A stretch of DNA of 64,000 nt from Fimicolochytrium jonesii (lineage: Eukaryota): the NCBI RefSeq assembly GCF_025526975.1, contig NW_026515677.1, forward strand, positions 62,001 to 126,000. The letters run 5' to 3'. A program made the translations under genes and the position numbers. Every line of letters starts with the position of its first letter. Position 1 is the first letter of the stretch. This document shows positions 1 through 13,225 of this stretch, one piece after another. The notes below the pieces were generated by a model. That model saw only the letters and a program-made list of their open reading frames with translations, did not search any database and was not told where the DNA came from.

Positions 1-2534
1 TTTGCTGATTGTTTCTCCCTTGGTAGTCCTCGGTAGACCTTTTTGCCGCTGCAGGGGTCGTGAAGTGCGAATGCCCGCTGCTGGGCTTTTTTCACTACAT
101 GATGAGCACCCTTTGCAAGTCGGTCGGAAGAAGCGCGGTGGCTTTAATCTGCAAACAGGCTGCGTAGCCGTCTTGTGCAATGCCTTTGACATGCGTCTTT
201 TGGGGTGTTCGGAACTGCCATGCCCTCTGATAACAACCTCAACTACTCTCCCAAGTGATCGCAAGAGCGTGGTTGTTCATGTATTGCATGGCAATTCTCA
301 TCGAGCCATTGGAATAGACAGCAGATGAGCAGACGGCATCGTTACCGAAGAAAGCCACAGTTGCCGAAACTCCATCGCAATGTCCCATATCGAACAATGC
401 TTTATCAAGAAAATGATCTGCTCGCCCAGAGTTTATTTGCGAAGCACTCTCGGGGCTGATGTCGATGGACGCATATCCACCGCGCCCCACGCGCAGGGCA
501 TGCTTGACAGTAGTTTCCTCAAACCGTGCAGTGCGACATCCGAAGGGGGTGTTTCGAAGCACAAATCAACTCGAGATCCCGGCCTTCCGACAAGACCGTC
601 ACGTAATGTCGGGCATGACAGGCTGTTCGGATTGCCGGGATCTCTTCGAGCCGTTATGGTTGTCGAGGTCTTCTTTCACGGCGAGCTTCATCAGCGAGCC
701 TCCAAACCGTGTAGCAACGAATTGCGCTGCAGTGTTGGGCCCCAACTGCCGTTTGGACTTTGCGGGACTCCGCGGTCGCGTCCTCTGTCCATCTGAACCC
801 AAGCGGGGGATTGTCAGACGCTGGTCGATGGATGTGTAAAAGTCGCCAAGGAATACCAGTGAAGAAAGCGCACGACGTCGTGCGTCTATCGTGAGTTGCT
901 GCCTCCAGATCCAGTCACCTCGCAAGGATGCACAGCCAACTCTGCTTTCAAAGTTCTCGATCTCGAACGTCAAATCGTGCCCGCTTTCTCGCGAGAAAGG
1001 CCTGAGACGCAATCCCAGCTTCCAAGCCACACAAAGCTGCACTAAGCCACGCTGGGTACGCATGACATCATCACTCCTCACGTGTCCACTACGACTCCAA
1101 CTTGTTCTGTCCGACCCTGTGCGACCCTGTCCCACCAGAATGACTCACCTCAACATGACATCATCCAGCCGCCCCCTGTTCCAGTTCCTTCCAGTCCGTC
1201 TCCAACTCCGACTGGGGGCGCCCTCCAATTGCCAAATCCGCACAGACGCAGGTCAATCGCGATCTGGCAGCTCCGTCCACAAATAATTATTTATCAATTT
1301 CAGACGGGGGCGTTGGAACGAGGCCTGGGAGCCGGGTCAGCTGAAGAACTTTTGGGATGTTCCGGTGGGAATCGATCGGTTGAAACTTGAGAGTGAGACT
1401 TTGCATCGCCCATCGCGAGGGAGAAAGCCACGACTCGCAAACGGGAGAACAGCCGCAAAACGGAACGGAGTGTGATGGAGACGCCCGAGCCAGGATTGTC
1501 CGTCGGTTATGGTTTTGGTTTCGCCGCTGTGCTTGCACATGCATGTCCCAGATCCAGTGTACAGTATGCGATCCTCGCGCCCATATGCGGAAGATGCCTG
1601 CCGATTCCGCCATTTCCAATGCGTTTCGCTCAATTTCAAGATCAACCACCAGCAAACGTGCTATTCAGCGCCAAGTCAAGGCAATGCCATCGTCTCCCAA
1701 ATAATACTTTGGAAAGGGCCGCGCGCGCACAGAAGCGACGCGTTCATCTGCAAATGACCGAGAATGATCATTGCGCACTTTTCGTTTTCGCGGCATGACA
1801 TCACGGAGCTGGCGAGCTGGGGGGACCGCCGGTGGTGGTTGCTCAGCTGCGAACTTGGTGGGTGCTGTTGAAATCCAAATTGCTCTTGTGATTTGTCGCC
1901 ACCGGTCCACTCACTGCAAATGTCCCAGATCGGGCGTTGGAAATCGGGAACGTTGACATGAATTCGAAGGAGTGGTCGTTGATGTGAATTTAACAATACG
2001 TAGTAGTAGTGAATGACGCTGTTTGTTGTTGGCGGTTGTTTAGGGGACGTTTCTGCTTCGTTCCCGTTGGGGCAGGGTCAGACCCGGTGGGTGGCTCCCT
2101 AACATCAGTCGCGATGTCGCCTACCCGGAGAGCCTGTCAATCGGAAACAAGGGGCGTACTTATCATAATAGTAAGGGAGTCTTATTTGGAGGTCTTATTT
2201 GAAAGTGACAGCAATGACGAAAACGAAGGGCGATGCGATGGAGCAACTCCTCAGCTGTCCTCCTCCCACGTCGCGGTGTTCTTGGCGCATCGCAGTGAAT
2301 TGAAGATGAGAGCGACGAGAGATCGCCAACTGGGGGCTGAGGCGGGGCGGGCAGCGGAGGGGATGAGTAATGCAGAGCGAGCGAGAGAGACAGAGAGAAC
2401 GAAAAGGAAAGGGAAACAACCCGATGAGCTCACGGCACAGGACACAGGGCGCAATCATCCATCCACTTCCCAACCCAATACAGTAGGCATTACGCGTGGG
2501 GAAAAAACGACGTGGGAAAAGGACTCTCAACGGA

Positions 2535-2541
2535 TATAAAA
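2535..2541 (+). promoter_or_regulatory. Putative TATA box of fasciclin gene
   Basis: TATAAAA about 130 bp upstream of the ATG at 2670. Confidence 0.4.
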
Positions 2542-2669
2542 GGGCGGCGGGGCTTCCCAGGGTCTTCCGTCTTTCCCCAGACACACTCTCAGGCCATCGC
2601 ATCGCAGTCGCAGCATCGCATCCTCGCTCTCTCTCACCCACCTTCTCACCCCACCAAAAACAATCCAAG

Positions 2670-3803
2670 ATGAAGTACACTCCCGCCCTCCTCGCCGTGC
2701 TCGCCACAAGCGTCGCCGCCCAGCAAAACCAAACAAACACCATCCTGCAGAACCTGCAATCCCTTACGGCACAGGGCTCCGCAAAGCAGTACAACCTCTC
2801 CACCCTCATCGGATTCGCAGGAAAGATCAACGGTCTGACCGACAAGCTCGGCAAGAACGACACAAACTACACCGTCTTCGCCCCCACCGATGCCGCCTTC
2901 GCCACCCTCACCAAGAACTTCCCAGACCTCGTCGCATCCCTCGGCAACAACACTGACGCCCTCGGCGACGCCATCAACTACCACATCGTTCCTAACACCG
3001 TCTTCCTCCCCTCCGAGAACACAAATGTCACCAAGCTCTTTGTCCGCACCGCCGACGCAAAGAACAACGCCATCCAGGTCAACCTCGCAAAGGCCGTCAC
3101 CCTTCAGTTTGACGCCGCCGCTGGACAGGGTAACGCCACGGTCATCGACTCCATCCGCTCCTCCAACGGTGTCATCCACGTCGTCAACGCCGTCCTCACC
3201 CAGCCCCGCCCCGCCGTCGACGTCGCAAAGGCCGCCGGTCTGTCCCAGCTCGTCGCCGCCGCATCCACCAACAACGACCTCGTCTCCGCGTTGAACAACC
3301 TGAAGGAGAACACCGTCTTTGCCCCCACCGACGCCGCCTTCAAGGCCGTCAACGAGTTTGCGACCCAGAACAACATCAACATCACCGGTAACCTCCTCAC
3401 CAACATCCTCAAGTTCCACGTCGTCAAGGGTGTCTACTTCTCCACCGACATCGTCAAGTTTCAGACCGCGTCCGTGGCCACCCTCCTCGACAACCAGAAC
3501 GTGACCGTCACCACCTCCCAGGAGGATGGCAAGCCCGTCGTCAACGTCATCGGTGCTGGCCAGGCCACCCTCAAGCTCTCCGCCGCCAAGGTCGTCAAGC
3601 CTGATGTCCTCGTCTCTGGTGGTGTTGTCCACGTCATTGACGCCGTTCTGATCCCCGACATCGCCGCTGCCAACTCCTCCGACCCCTCGGTCCCCAAGCC
3701 CGCTGACGTTGCCGGAAACAAGAACGCTGCCTCCGCAACCACCATCTCCCGCGCGGCTGTTGTCGCCGCTGCCGTCGCTGCGATCTTCGCTGTCGCTTTG
3801 TAA
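2670..3803 (+). CDS. Secreted, probably GPI-anchored fasciclin (2x FAS1) domain protein
   Basis: Signal peptide MKYTPALLAVLATSVAA. Two FAS1 H1/H2 motif pairs (YTVFAPTDAAF..NGVIHVVNAVL; NTVFAPTDAAF..GGVVHVIDAVL). Hydrophobic C-terminus, strong C-ending codon bias, intronless. Confidence 0.92.
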   Translation: MKYTPALLAVLATSVAAQQNQTNTILQNLQSLTAQGSAKQYNLSTLIGFAGKINGLTDKLGKNDTNYTVFAPTDAAFATLTKNFPDLVASLGNNTDALGDAINYHIVPNTVFLPSENTNVTKLFVRTADAKNNAIQVNLAKAVTLQFDAAAGQGNATVIDSIRSSNGVIHVVNAVLTQPRPAVDVAKAAGLSQLVAAASTNNDLVSALNNLKENTVFAPTDAAFKAVNEFATQNNINITGNLLTNILKFHVVKGVYFSTDIVKFQTASVATLLDNQNVTVTTSQEDGKPVVNVIGAGQATLKLSAAKVVKPDVLVSGGVVHVIDAVLIPDIAAANSSDPSVPKPADVAGNKNAASATTISRAAVVAAAVAAIFAVAL

Positions 3804-6496
3804 GAGTAATCCATCCATCTTACTACCCTCATTTCACATCCTTAATACCATTAGAACACTAGCGGCGCGTAGGTAGTGTGTCCGCTACCACCCCCACTCC
3901 CATCTGTCTCTTCCGCCCCCCCTTCTGTCTTTTTTTTGGGACAACCTTGTATACATTCGGACTGGTTAAACGTAAATAAAAGTTTGGTTTTTTTTATCGT
4001 AATCAGTTGCCGGTCGCAAAATGAGTGTTTGTCTAGTGTGGATGAGGCAAGGCTCCTCTTACGCTATTGCGAAGTGGTGAATAATGCGACATTGGCGGGA
4101 ACTTTCAGCCATACCTCCAAAACGGCGGTGCATGTTCCATATGCAAGTTCTCGCATCGAGCCCTTGATGTGGGAGAGAGTAAGGGTGGACTCGCCAAGTC
4201 TGGGAGCTCATGGGATTCGACCAAGGAGGCTTTTGCGTAGTACTGTATGTAGGGGTACCTCCGCAACCGACCGAACAACGCGCCACCCAGCATCCCACCA
4301 CCCATTCGGCATTCTCGTTGGCACAGCAGCTCATCCTCTCTTCGGTTCCTCCTGGTGGTGTGGCCTGGGCGGAGAAGTACTCGTGGGGCTCCACCCTTGT
4401 GATTCTGGGCGCCGACGCCTTTACATGGACCTGCTGTGACGATCCGAACACCAATCATGCATAGTCAGGCCGGATGAACAGAGGGTTCAAAACTTGAAAC
4501 TTGACGTTGTGGAAACTTACGAGGGGTGTCCCCCATCACCACACCACACCCTCACAGATTGGTTTTTGTCTGCAGGTCGGTATGCGCCATGTACTGTGCT
4601 TCCCTCGGAAGAGCCTTTCGTCCCTTTGGAGCACGGCAAATGACCGCAGACGCAACCCGTGTGATGCCGTTCCTTCAATATCACGCATTCGGTCAGTAGC
4701 TTGCAGACAAACATGCGCGACGACCGGCTGCGGCATGGCTAGGGTCATGTGCGGTTGGGGTCTCCTTCACATCGGCAAACGCCCGTCATGTCGGGCATAA
4801 GAGCGGTCCAGAAGGTTCGGTTGAAACCACTTCCGTTTCGTCGTGAAGGTCGCAGGAGTGCGTGGGACGACCGCTCTGTATGTGGCAAGAGCGAACTTTC
4901 ACTGGAGCGATGCGATTCCGACGCTCGAACCACGGCGGCGAACAGCGCCAGATCGTGATCAACAGGTCGACCCATCCACAGTACTTCGACGCTTGCCTTC
5001 CTCTGTGCGCGTGTCCAATGAGGTCGGCCGGATTTCTCCAATCCAATCAACAGTGCCGCTAGGATCGAGGTTGTCATGCATAGCCGAAAGGTCCGATCTC
5101 GGACCACTTCTCCCAGGGTTCTAATATGTTGCTGCGTCGATTATCAAGTTGATTTGCATGCATTTTCCCAGGGGCGACGTGTGGATGTGTCACGACTCTT
5201 TGGAAAGCGGCGAAAGAAGGCACTTGTGACTGCGAGAGCTTTGACCCGTGCCAGCTCCGTCTCTGCTCAGTCGCTAAGAACGATGCGTCTTTCTAAAAGT
5301 ACACCGAATCTGCAGCGTGCAAGCCCCCTCTCTCTGCGAATGTCACTTGGAGGTCCTTGACAGTGGCAGTCGCGCTGTCAGATTTTGTCATTCCAACATC
5401 TCCGCCCCCGCGTCCCTGCAGGATACGAGTTATGGATCCGAGACAGACAGTGCTCAGGTCCCTTGAGCCTTTACCGTATCTCCGTCGCTTTCACCGCCCC
5501 ACCTGGATACTCATAAAGAGGCAGTCCCTCCCAGCACCGCCCGGATTTTCGTTCCTTTTCCTCGCATTTCGGCGGTGTGCACCATATCCGTCTCTCCCTA
5601 CGTTTTCCTTTCGCGTCCGATCCAATTCTCAAGACCTTTGGATCTTTTGTTTCTCCAGATTCCTGGCCCTTGAGCGGTGAGGATCGATCCGTGCCTCTCA
5701 GGCCCTCCTCCTTCTTTCCCTCGTTTCTCACCTCATAATTTCATGCGAACTTTCCCCCCCGATTGCAAGGCACTTTTCCCACGCTTACCCCCTACATCGG
5801 TTCCTCTAAGGCAGCGACTGTCCACTGGCTTCCAGACAACGTGCCATGCCCACTGGGTACACACTGAATCTCGTAAGGATAAAGGCATGGCAGGGGCTTT
5901 GCAGCCATAGCCATCGCCCCGCCTACGGCGGCTACCTGTTGCGAATTGGGCGGTGAGGTGAACATGAAGGTGACTTGGATCTCTCTCCCTCGTTGTCGTG
6001 AGCGTTGAGAGGGCCCGCCGACCCTGTTCGGACACAACGCGTCGGCACGGGGGGGAATCGGGACATGTCGAACAGGTCTGAATTCTGAATTCAGGAAGTT
6101 CCGAGAAGCATTGCGCTGGACATGTCTGGGGGAAAGCGAGCAGCGGCCCGGTGTCCTTGAGCGAAAGCTTGACTTGGGTGCTTTCCGTCCGGATTGCCAA
6201 TCATTGCTGGAGCACGTGCCGATAGGGTGCAAGGTACGATATGGCATTTCAAAGGGTGGAAGAAGTCAATACACACGAATGGTTAAGTAGTGCAGCAGCA
6301 GAAACAAATTGGTATTCCGAGATGTATAGGTGAGGGGTATGATGATGCTGCAGAAACAGTGGGGGTGTGCGAGAATTGCATGTGGTGGTGGTGGGTACAG
6401 AAGATTCCGATCAACGGACGAGAGAAAGAAACAACAAAGTAAGAACAAAGAGGAATCATCTACACAACATCTCTACTCTAAGCCGAGCGAGGCCTT

Positions 6497-8692
6497 TTAG
6501 TGCTTCTTGCACCCCTGGAACTTCTTGGCGGCCTCCTTCCACGCAAACGCGGGGTTGATGGTCTTCTCGGTGATCTCGATCCTGCAGTCGGCCGTCTTGC
6601 GCGCATACTCGGCGGGCAGATCCTTGCGGTCAGAGTATCCCACGCCGGCATTCACACGCATGAGGGACACCGCGTTCTTGAAGGGTTGCGGTGTGAGGGG
6701 GTTGGCGGCCAGGCCGAGGACCGCGGGGTCGTGGAAGATCTGGTCAATGTCGACGACGTTGCCGCCGGGGAAGGAGGAGAAGGAGAAGGGTTTGGAGCCG
6801 GCGACGCCGCCCTTGACGACGGAGCGGATGCCGACGTGGTCGACGGCGAGACGGGCGCCGTGGGCGCAGGTGGAGCCGCAGAAACCGTTCGTGAGGAGTA
6901 TCACGTTCTTGGGGTCCCAGAGGGGTTTGGTGGGTTTGGGGATGCCGGTGACGTTGAAGACGTTGTGGCGTTGGGTTTCGTCAAAGATGGCGCCGCCGTC
7001 GACGATGCTGATCAGGTCGGAGTATTTGGAGGTGTACTTGCCGTAAGTCTCGGTGCGGCCGTTCTTGGGGTTCAAGAAGATGCGGTCAACGTCGGAGGGC
7101 TTAGGCGGGTAGTGGGTCTTGGGGTCGATGAAGTTTCCGGGGCCGAACATGGTGAGTGGGGTGGTGAGGTTGAGGTCGAGCTTGAAGGCGGCCTTGATGA
7201 CGGTGTTGAAGAAGGGGGTGGAGCGGAAACGGGCCGTGTCGCGGGGTACGTTGGGGAACATGACGACGACGTGGGCGGTGCCGAGATCACCCCAGCCGCC
7301 GCCGTTGTTGGTCCAGTCGAGGATCACCTTCTTGGCGCCGGCTTTCTTGAGGAGGGTGAGACCGGCGTGGATTTCCTTGATGAAGCAGTAGAAGTTGGGG
7401 CCGGCAGGACCTCCTGTACCGATGTTGGCCGTAGCCTCGGGGTCGTTCAACGAAGCAAGACACTTCTGCGCAGTAGGTCCAAAGGGCCCATCGGCAGGGT
7501 CAGACGAGAACGTGGGCAGGGTCTGCACACCGGTCTCGGCATCCAACAGGTGGTAAGAGCCGAACTCGCCAGCCTTCAGGAGCTTGGGGTACCCATTGCC
7601 GAAGGCGTTCTCGGTGGTGTTGGGGAAAGGCTTCAACGCGGAGTTGATGGGGGCAGCGTTCTCGAGAACGTTGTCACCGGACCTGAAGTCCAAGTCGTTG
7701 AGGATCACACCAGTGTCGGAATCGGTGTCGCGACGGGTGAGGCTGGTCTCCGGGGCGACGAGACAGTTGTTCGTGTAGAAGGACTTTGCGTCGGTGTAGG
7801 GCTTGGCGAGGGCGCCGTGGCGGGCGAACCACGGTGCGTCGATGGTGACCGTCTTACCCTCAGGGGAGACGAGCGTGTACTTCCGCGAGCCCTTGGCGGG
7901 GGCTTCCATGGAGGACGAGACGGTAACGGCGCCGAAAGTCTTGCGGATGGCACCGGTTTGGAGGACGGTGACACGCTGGACGGCGACGTTGAAGCGAGTG
8001 CCTCGGTCCTTGACGGTGCCGACTTGAGTGTCGGAGAACTTCTTGATGTAAGAAATGGCATCGTCACCATCAATCTTCTTCACGGTCCAGCCGGAGTACT
8101 TCGCAGGGTCATACCCAGCAGCCTTCTTGACATTCTCCCAGAGGGCACCAGCGGCAGCCGCGGGGGCGGGGTTCTCGGCCAACCTCACGTACTGCTTCCC
8201 AGACTTGCTGTCAACAATGACATCGAAACCCCAAGGCTGGTAGTAAGAGTAGGCAGAGTGGAAGCACAGACTGCGATAACCGGTGTGGGCGTCGCCGAGC
8301 TGGCGGAGCAGGAAGGTAAGGTCGTCGTGGAAGTCCTTCTCGTGCTTGTAGTTTTTGGTGCTGATGGCTTTGAGAGATTTGCGGAGGTCGACGTCCTTCA
8401 GATCCCAGACGCCGCCGTCGATCTTGGAGGCGACGGAAGCCATGTCGGTAAAGGCATACCACCCATCAATAGCCCGCCTCACAGTCTCCGTGGTGCTCTT
8501 TTGGATGTCCTTGTTGATGGGGAACGTGTTCAGGCAGCCCACGGCGCTCTTGTACGGGAACCATCCTCCGGTGGTGCCGTTGAATCCGACGGCAGCGTTG
8601 ACAGCGCATGCGTCTTGGGGCTTGGAAGGGGCGGCGGTGGCGCTCGCCGCGAGGGCAAGGAACGCCGTGAGGGTGGTCGAGGCGAGGTGCAT
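6497..8692 (-). CDS. Secreted peptidase family S41 (fungal tail-specific protease-like), 731 aa
   Basis: Signal peptide; motifs LGDAHTGY, VILDWTNNGGGW, ILLTNGFCGSTCA; intronless; strong codon bias. Confidence 0.88.
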   Translation of the reverse strand: MHLASTTLTAFLALAASATAAPSKPQDACAVNAAVGFNGTTGGWFPYKSAVGCLNTFPINKDIQKSTTETVRRAIDGWYAFTDMASVASKIDGGVWDLKDVDLRKSLKAISTKNYKHEKDFHDDLTFLLRQLGDAHTGYRSLCFHSAYSYYQPWGFDVIVDSKSGKQYVRLAENPAPAAAAGALWENVKKAAGYDPAKYSGWTVKKIDGDDAISYIKKFSDTQVGTVKDRGTRFNVAVQRVTVLQTGAIRKTFGAVTVSSSMEAPAKGSRKYTLVSPEGKTVTIDAPWFARHGALAKPYTDAKSFYTNNCLVAPETSLTRRDTDSDTGVILNDLDFRSGDNVLENAAPINSALKPFPNTTENAFGNGYPKLLKAGEFGSYHLLDAETGVQTLPTFSSDPADGPFGPTAQKCLASLNDPEATANIGTGGPAGPNFYCFIKEIHAGLTLLKKAGAKKVILDWTNNGGGWGDLGTAHVVVMFPNVPRDTARFRSTPFFNTVIKAAFKLDLNLTTPLTMFGPGNFIDPKTHYPPKPSDVDRIFLNPKNGRTETYGKYTSKYSDLISIVDGGAIFDETQRHNVFNVTGIPKPTKPLWDPKNVILLTNGFCGSTCAHGARLAVDHVGIRSVVKGGVAGSKPFSFSSFPGGNVVDIDQIFHDPAVLGLAANPLTPQPFKNAVSLMRVNAGVGYSDRKDLPAEYARKTADCRIEITEKTINPAFAWKEAAKKFQGCKKH

Positions 8693-11027
8693 TTTGGGAG
8701 CGTATTGGAAGGTTGAAGGGTATTCAATGACTAGAAATGCGTGGAAGGTGATATAAGAGTTAGTCCGGGTTCACGATGGGGCACACTTCCAAAAGATGGG
8801 CGCCCGCGAAATGCATTTTGGTTTCTGGCGGCCAAGGCAATGCATTCCGACGAAGATCACCTCGTCGCCACACAGACTTGACATACCTTTCCAACGCCGA
8901 GTCAAACGCAGGAGGGTATCGAACAACAGGAAGGACGGGGAGGACGGGGAACACCCTTGGCTCCTTTTATAAGAGTGAGATTTTTCCGGAAATGAAATGG
9001 AATCAGCGTTGCGCAATGCGAGCGAGGCTCCGAGCGACGCCCTGCTCTCCAATCAGGACGGAGATGGTGATTGCGATGATGATGAGGGTGAGGGTGGGAG
9101 TGTGTGTGCGTGCCTGTGTCCCAGTTGTTGTTGTCGGTACGTACAGTAGTCGTACAGCCGATCAGCAGCGCACGTCTGGAGTCTGTGGGAGGGATCCGGG
9201 GGGGGCGAAAAGACGCGCAGGACAAAAGACCCGGTGGGCCAGCAAAGAGGGCGATCCAACGGCCCCACGCCTCTTCCCATTGTCCCAAATCCCACGCCGG
9301 CGGCCCGCCCGTCACGATAACATTTGGGGCTTGTGCCATGCCGGAGACTCTCTCGATTGGGACCGTGGGCATGCATGGGGTCCGATTTATTACTTTAAAA
9401 GCCTCTTGTCGTTGAGCAATGAGAGCAGACGATGGGCGTATTGATCACAGTGCTTACTTTGGCATCTCGGGCTTTCTGAGAGGCCGCGCGGTTTGAACGG
9501 GTAGACCGTCAACCTACTGACACGCATGTATCTGCAATATATCTGCTCTCTAAGCGAGGGGCAGGCACGTAAACGGTCGGTGGCGCCGACGATGTCGAGG
9601 CATCGCCCGATGGGGAGACTCTCAACCGCGGAGATGCACCGGAGGTTGGCGGAACGGTGAAAGACCATAGCAAAAGACCGCGTGGTTTTATCCTAGCAAG
9701 AAATGTGCGCATTGCGCGAGAAACGGCTTCGCATACGGTGGAAGCAATATCAAGATATCCGGGCGCCATGATGATAAATGGGCGCTATGTACCTCCGTTT
9801 CGTGCATCGATTGCTAACAACGGGGTAGTCCATGGACCGAGCGATCTTCGGCAGTCTCTCACACCGATTCAACATTGCAGACTCAACCCTGGACCTGGAG
9901 GGCACTCCCGACCATGCTCAAATACCTGCCACGCCTGCAAGTTCTGGCCCCGTTTGAACCGAGGATTGACCGATGGATACTTGGATATCCCCGGGTTGTC
10001 GACCAGGTGCACCCGGCACCACCTTGACAATGCTTACAAGGGAGCGCCGCCATCCGGCACATCACTCTTGGGTGCGGTATCATCATCAGGGCCGACAGGG
10101 AAACACGGAGCGATACACCAACGTCCGAGACGGGACGAGCTCCCGTTGAGTGTGTGGTTCCCAGCATACTATCAAGTGTACTGTCCCACTTGTTGCCCAC
10201 ATACTGTGAAGCTTTCTGGAGCGAAATGAAATCGGAAGAGGTGTCTCACTCATGCACGGTGCACGGAACAAAGGGAATGCAAAAAACCGGGACTGAAACC
10301 GTCCCGAGCGACGACCGCAACATAATCCGATATCCAACATGCATATGGTTCCTGGCTTGCGAGTTCTCCGGTCTCGGCGGAGGTGTTCCACTTTCCGACT
10401 ATATGGAGCACGAGCCCTGCCTGCCTTTGACCTCCCGGAGCACCAGGACAATGACGTTTTGATTCATCAAGAGTCGTGGGATGAAGGTAATGGGATCCCA
10501 ACCGTCCGAACTCCGATGCATGGAAGACTGCGTCGTACAACTCTGGCCGCAGTCCGTTTGTACGTTGAAGCGATGGAAGAGTACGAGGGACAGCGTCGAC
10601 GGAATGTGTACATTATATATTCATAAATTATAAGAATTGATCGGCCCTGATCAAGAAAGAGCCTTCCAAAAAACTACATCCCGCCGGTATAACCAACACG
10701 GGATCTCTACACGGTCTAATGCGGTCCCTCCATGTAATCGGATTATTATCGAGCTCAGCCTGGCAGATGTACTGATTCTGAGGTGGTTATTTGAAAGCGA
10801 TCAGAGACCTGTTCCGTGCAGCCGGCCGACGTGCCTTCCAGCTTTTGAAGTATCCCACAGCTTGCCATATCCAAAGCATGCGGGCAGGATAGGCTGTCTA
10901 CGATGTTTCGCGAATGTTCACGGAGCGCCCATGGGCTTCGATGCTTCGGAATTCTCTCAGACGAAAGGTTCAGCCGCTCGGGGCGGTGGAGATGCGGTGT
11001 GTTCGCCATCCGAATCCACGTCTCGCT

Positions 11028-11366
11028 CTATCTTGCCGTTCCACCGTACGTCGTCCTGGCCGCCGTTCCCGCGCCTTTCCAACTCTCGTACTGAATAAAC
11101 ACGTACAGCGCTCCAGTAACAATCAGCGCAATCTTGATCCCCCTCCACGCAGCCATAAGCGTTCCCCTCAGGATGTTGAAGACGGCGACTGTAGCGAGGT
11201 AGCCAAGTAACACCGTCACGAACAGAACGACGAAGGAGACGCGTTTGTCCTGATTTGCGAGGGACAGGCCGTAGGCCTTTAACGTGTGCACCGAGAAGAA
11301 GGCCGGGATGGGGATGTTACCGGGGGAGTGTGGTGGTGGCGGGTCGTATGCTGTACGGTGGGTCAT
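11028..11366 (-). CDS. Small hypothetical membrane protein (~112 aa, 2 TM segments)
   Basis: ATG at 11366 (MTHRTAYD...); hydrophobic stretches VSFVVLFVTVLLGYLATVAVF and IALIVTGALYVFI. Confidence 0.45.
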   Translation of the reverse strand: MTHRTAYDPPPPHSPGNIPIPAFFSVHTLKAYGLSLANQDKRVSFVVLFVTVLLGYLATVAVFNILRGTLMAAWRGIKIALIVTGALYVFIQYESWKGAGTAARTTYGGTAR

Positions 11367-11772
11367 TGCTGCTTGCGTTCGTTGGCGTTGAGGTGCGTTG
11401 GAGATCGGTCGAGGGTTTGGGGGAGAAGTGAGTTGGTGTGATATGTGGCTGAAAAACGGCGTCGGTTCGTCGAGTGCAACCAAGAAAGCTAGATACTGTA
11501 GGCGCCCAACTCAATCAATGGAGCCTATGTGTTGAGGGGTGCTTTGCGTTGTGCATGTAGCAAGGGAAGAATTGGGCTCTCCAACTTTGTCGGGGCAATG
11601 GAGAGAATAATGGAGACGCCCAGGTGGGGAAGCCTCCAGTCTTTGACAGCTCCCTTTCCCAACCTCAGCGAGATTGGCGCATGTTCTCACGGCAACCGAG
11701 ACAGGGCTGCGGCAGGGTCACCAAACTCCAAGCTCGTCACACCCACCACACCCACCACACCCAGTCGTAGTA

Positions 11773-13225
11773 ATGCCAGCCCACCGCGGCTTGGAAGTGC
11801 ACGTTCAGATCGACAACCAGAACCTCGAGGAATTTCAGACAACCGTATCGGACGATGGCAAAACCGTCACTTGCTACATTGCCTCCCAAGAAGATAAAGA
11901 CTATGTGCTGTTCTACGACCTGTTTCCAGAAAGGGGTCACATTGACCGGAGAGAGCAGGGAGTGAAGGCACCCCACTATAGGTGAGCTACCATCGCAAGT
12001 GTTCTCGCAAGAGAGTCCCGCGCCGCAGGCGCACCTCTAGCGAGGAAAGCGAGTAAATGTGAGCCACATCGAACGGTCGTTTATCGTTTATTGTGGCCGA
12101 CCGCTCCGTGCTGTCTTTGATGATCGTTCGATGGTTGATAATGATACCATGATGGCCGTTGGCTGATCGTCTTTTGTTGATGGTAGGTGCAAGGCGATTC
12201 TGGACGGTGTTCCGCAGACCAGGACAATTGTCTCGCAATCGAAGTTCCAGCAGAAGGGTGTCCACCGCGGGAATTTCCTCTACCCTTTTCGTTTCGGGAA
12301 ACTGGACCTGGACGCACAGGACGAAGATGTACCTTTTGTACGCCCGTCACAGGCCTCGGCTCTGCAGGAGTTGAGCACCATCAAGGTCGAAGTTACTCGC
12401 GTCGCCAAGTCAGAAAGCTTCAGCCGGGACCAGCCCTGGGTCGATGCTCCCCCTGAGTTAGCGGCTGGGAACGTTCCGAAGAAGAAAGGGGCCTTCCTTA
12501 GTCATCGCAGTGTGTATGTCATCGCAGTCATGGTTGCATATAACGCAATTCCTAGGGTGTTAAAGCTCTTTCGTTGTCCGCCACAGCCTAGGCGATGGGG
12601 TAGCAGCACCTCCTCGGGCGTCGTGCCACTGCGTATTCATGGACAACGAGCAACCTATCGTGACGTTTGTTTTCCGATACCGATCGCGTGGTACGTGAGG
12701 ATAACGATCGTTTCTTTGAAGCTATTCTGACACTCTTAACAAAACACAGCGCTCCTCGAAGCCGACGATATTATACCATTCGTTCCAACCGAGGCCGACG
12801 CCGCAGCCGACAACGACGCCGACGCCGGCCCCGAACCCCCTCGCAACCCGCGTCGCAACCGCATCAACTTACAGAAGAACCGATCCACCACCCCAATCCA
12901 GATCGACGAAGGCGACGACATTACAATTGACCTCACAGCCGAAACAGAATCGTTCACTGTCACCCGCCGCAAACGCGAATCGGGAGCATCGTCTTCATCG
13001 GTCGTCAAAAGGGTAAGGACGAGGGGCGATGGCGGCGTGGTCGACCTCGTGAAACGGGAGACTTCTCCTGAGGAGGTCAATCAGTTGCGAGAACGGGTCC
13101 GGTTTTTGGAGTCGCAGCTGAGCAAGCGGGGCGGCGAAGGGAGTGGGAGCGGTGGGAGTGGGAGTGGGAGTGGGGGTGCGGACGGCGCGGCTGGACCGGC
13201 TGTTCCATCGTCCTTGACGGCGTAA
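11773..13225 (+). CDS. Multi-exon fungal hypothetical protein, DUF7918-like
   Basis: Exons read GLEVHVQIDNQNLEEF..TCYIAS, PFRFGKLDL..STIKVEVTRV..KKKGAFLSH, with a coiled-coil tail. GT-AG intron 11982-12186; later exon boundaries are approximate. Confidence 0.6.

Noticed and set aside
1..2480. Short ORFs, including a Pro-rich stretch near 900-1390
   Set aside because: No recognisable domain or consistent exon chain; may be a decayed gene.
2646..3818. 390-aa minus-strand ORF
   Set aside because: Shadow of the fasciclin gene.
6500..8716. 738-aa plus-strand ORF
   Set aside because: Antisense shadow of the S41 gene caused by strong codon bias; G/V/D-rich with no motifs.
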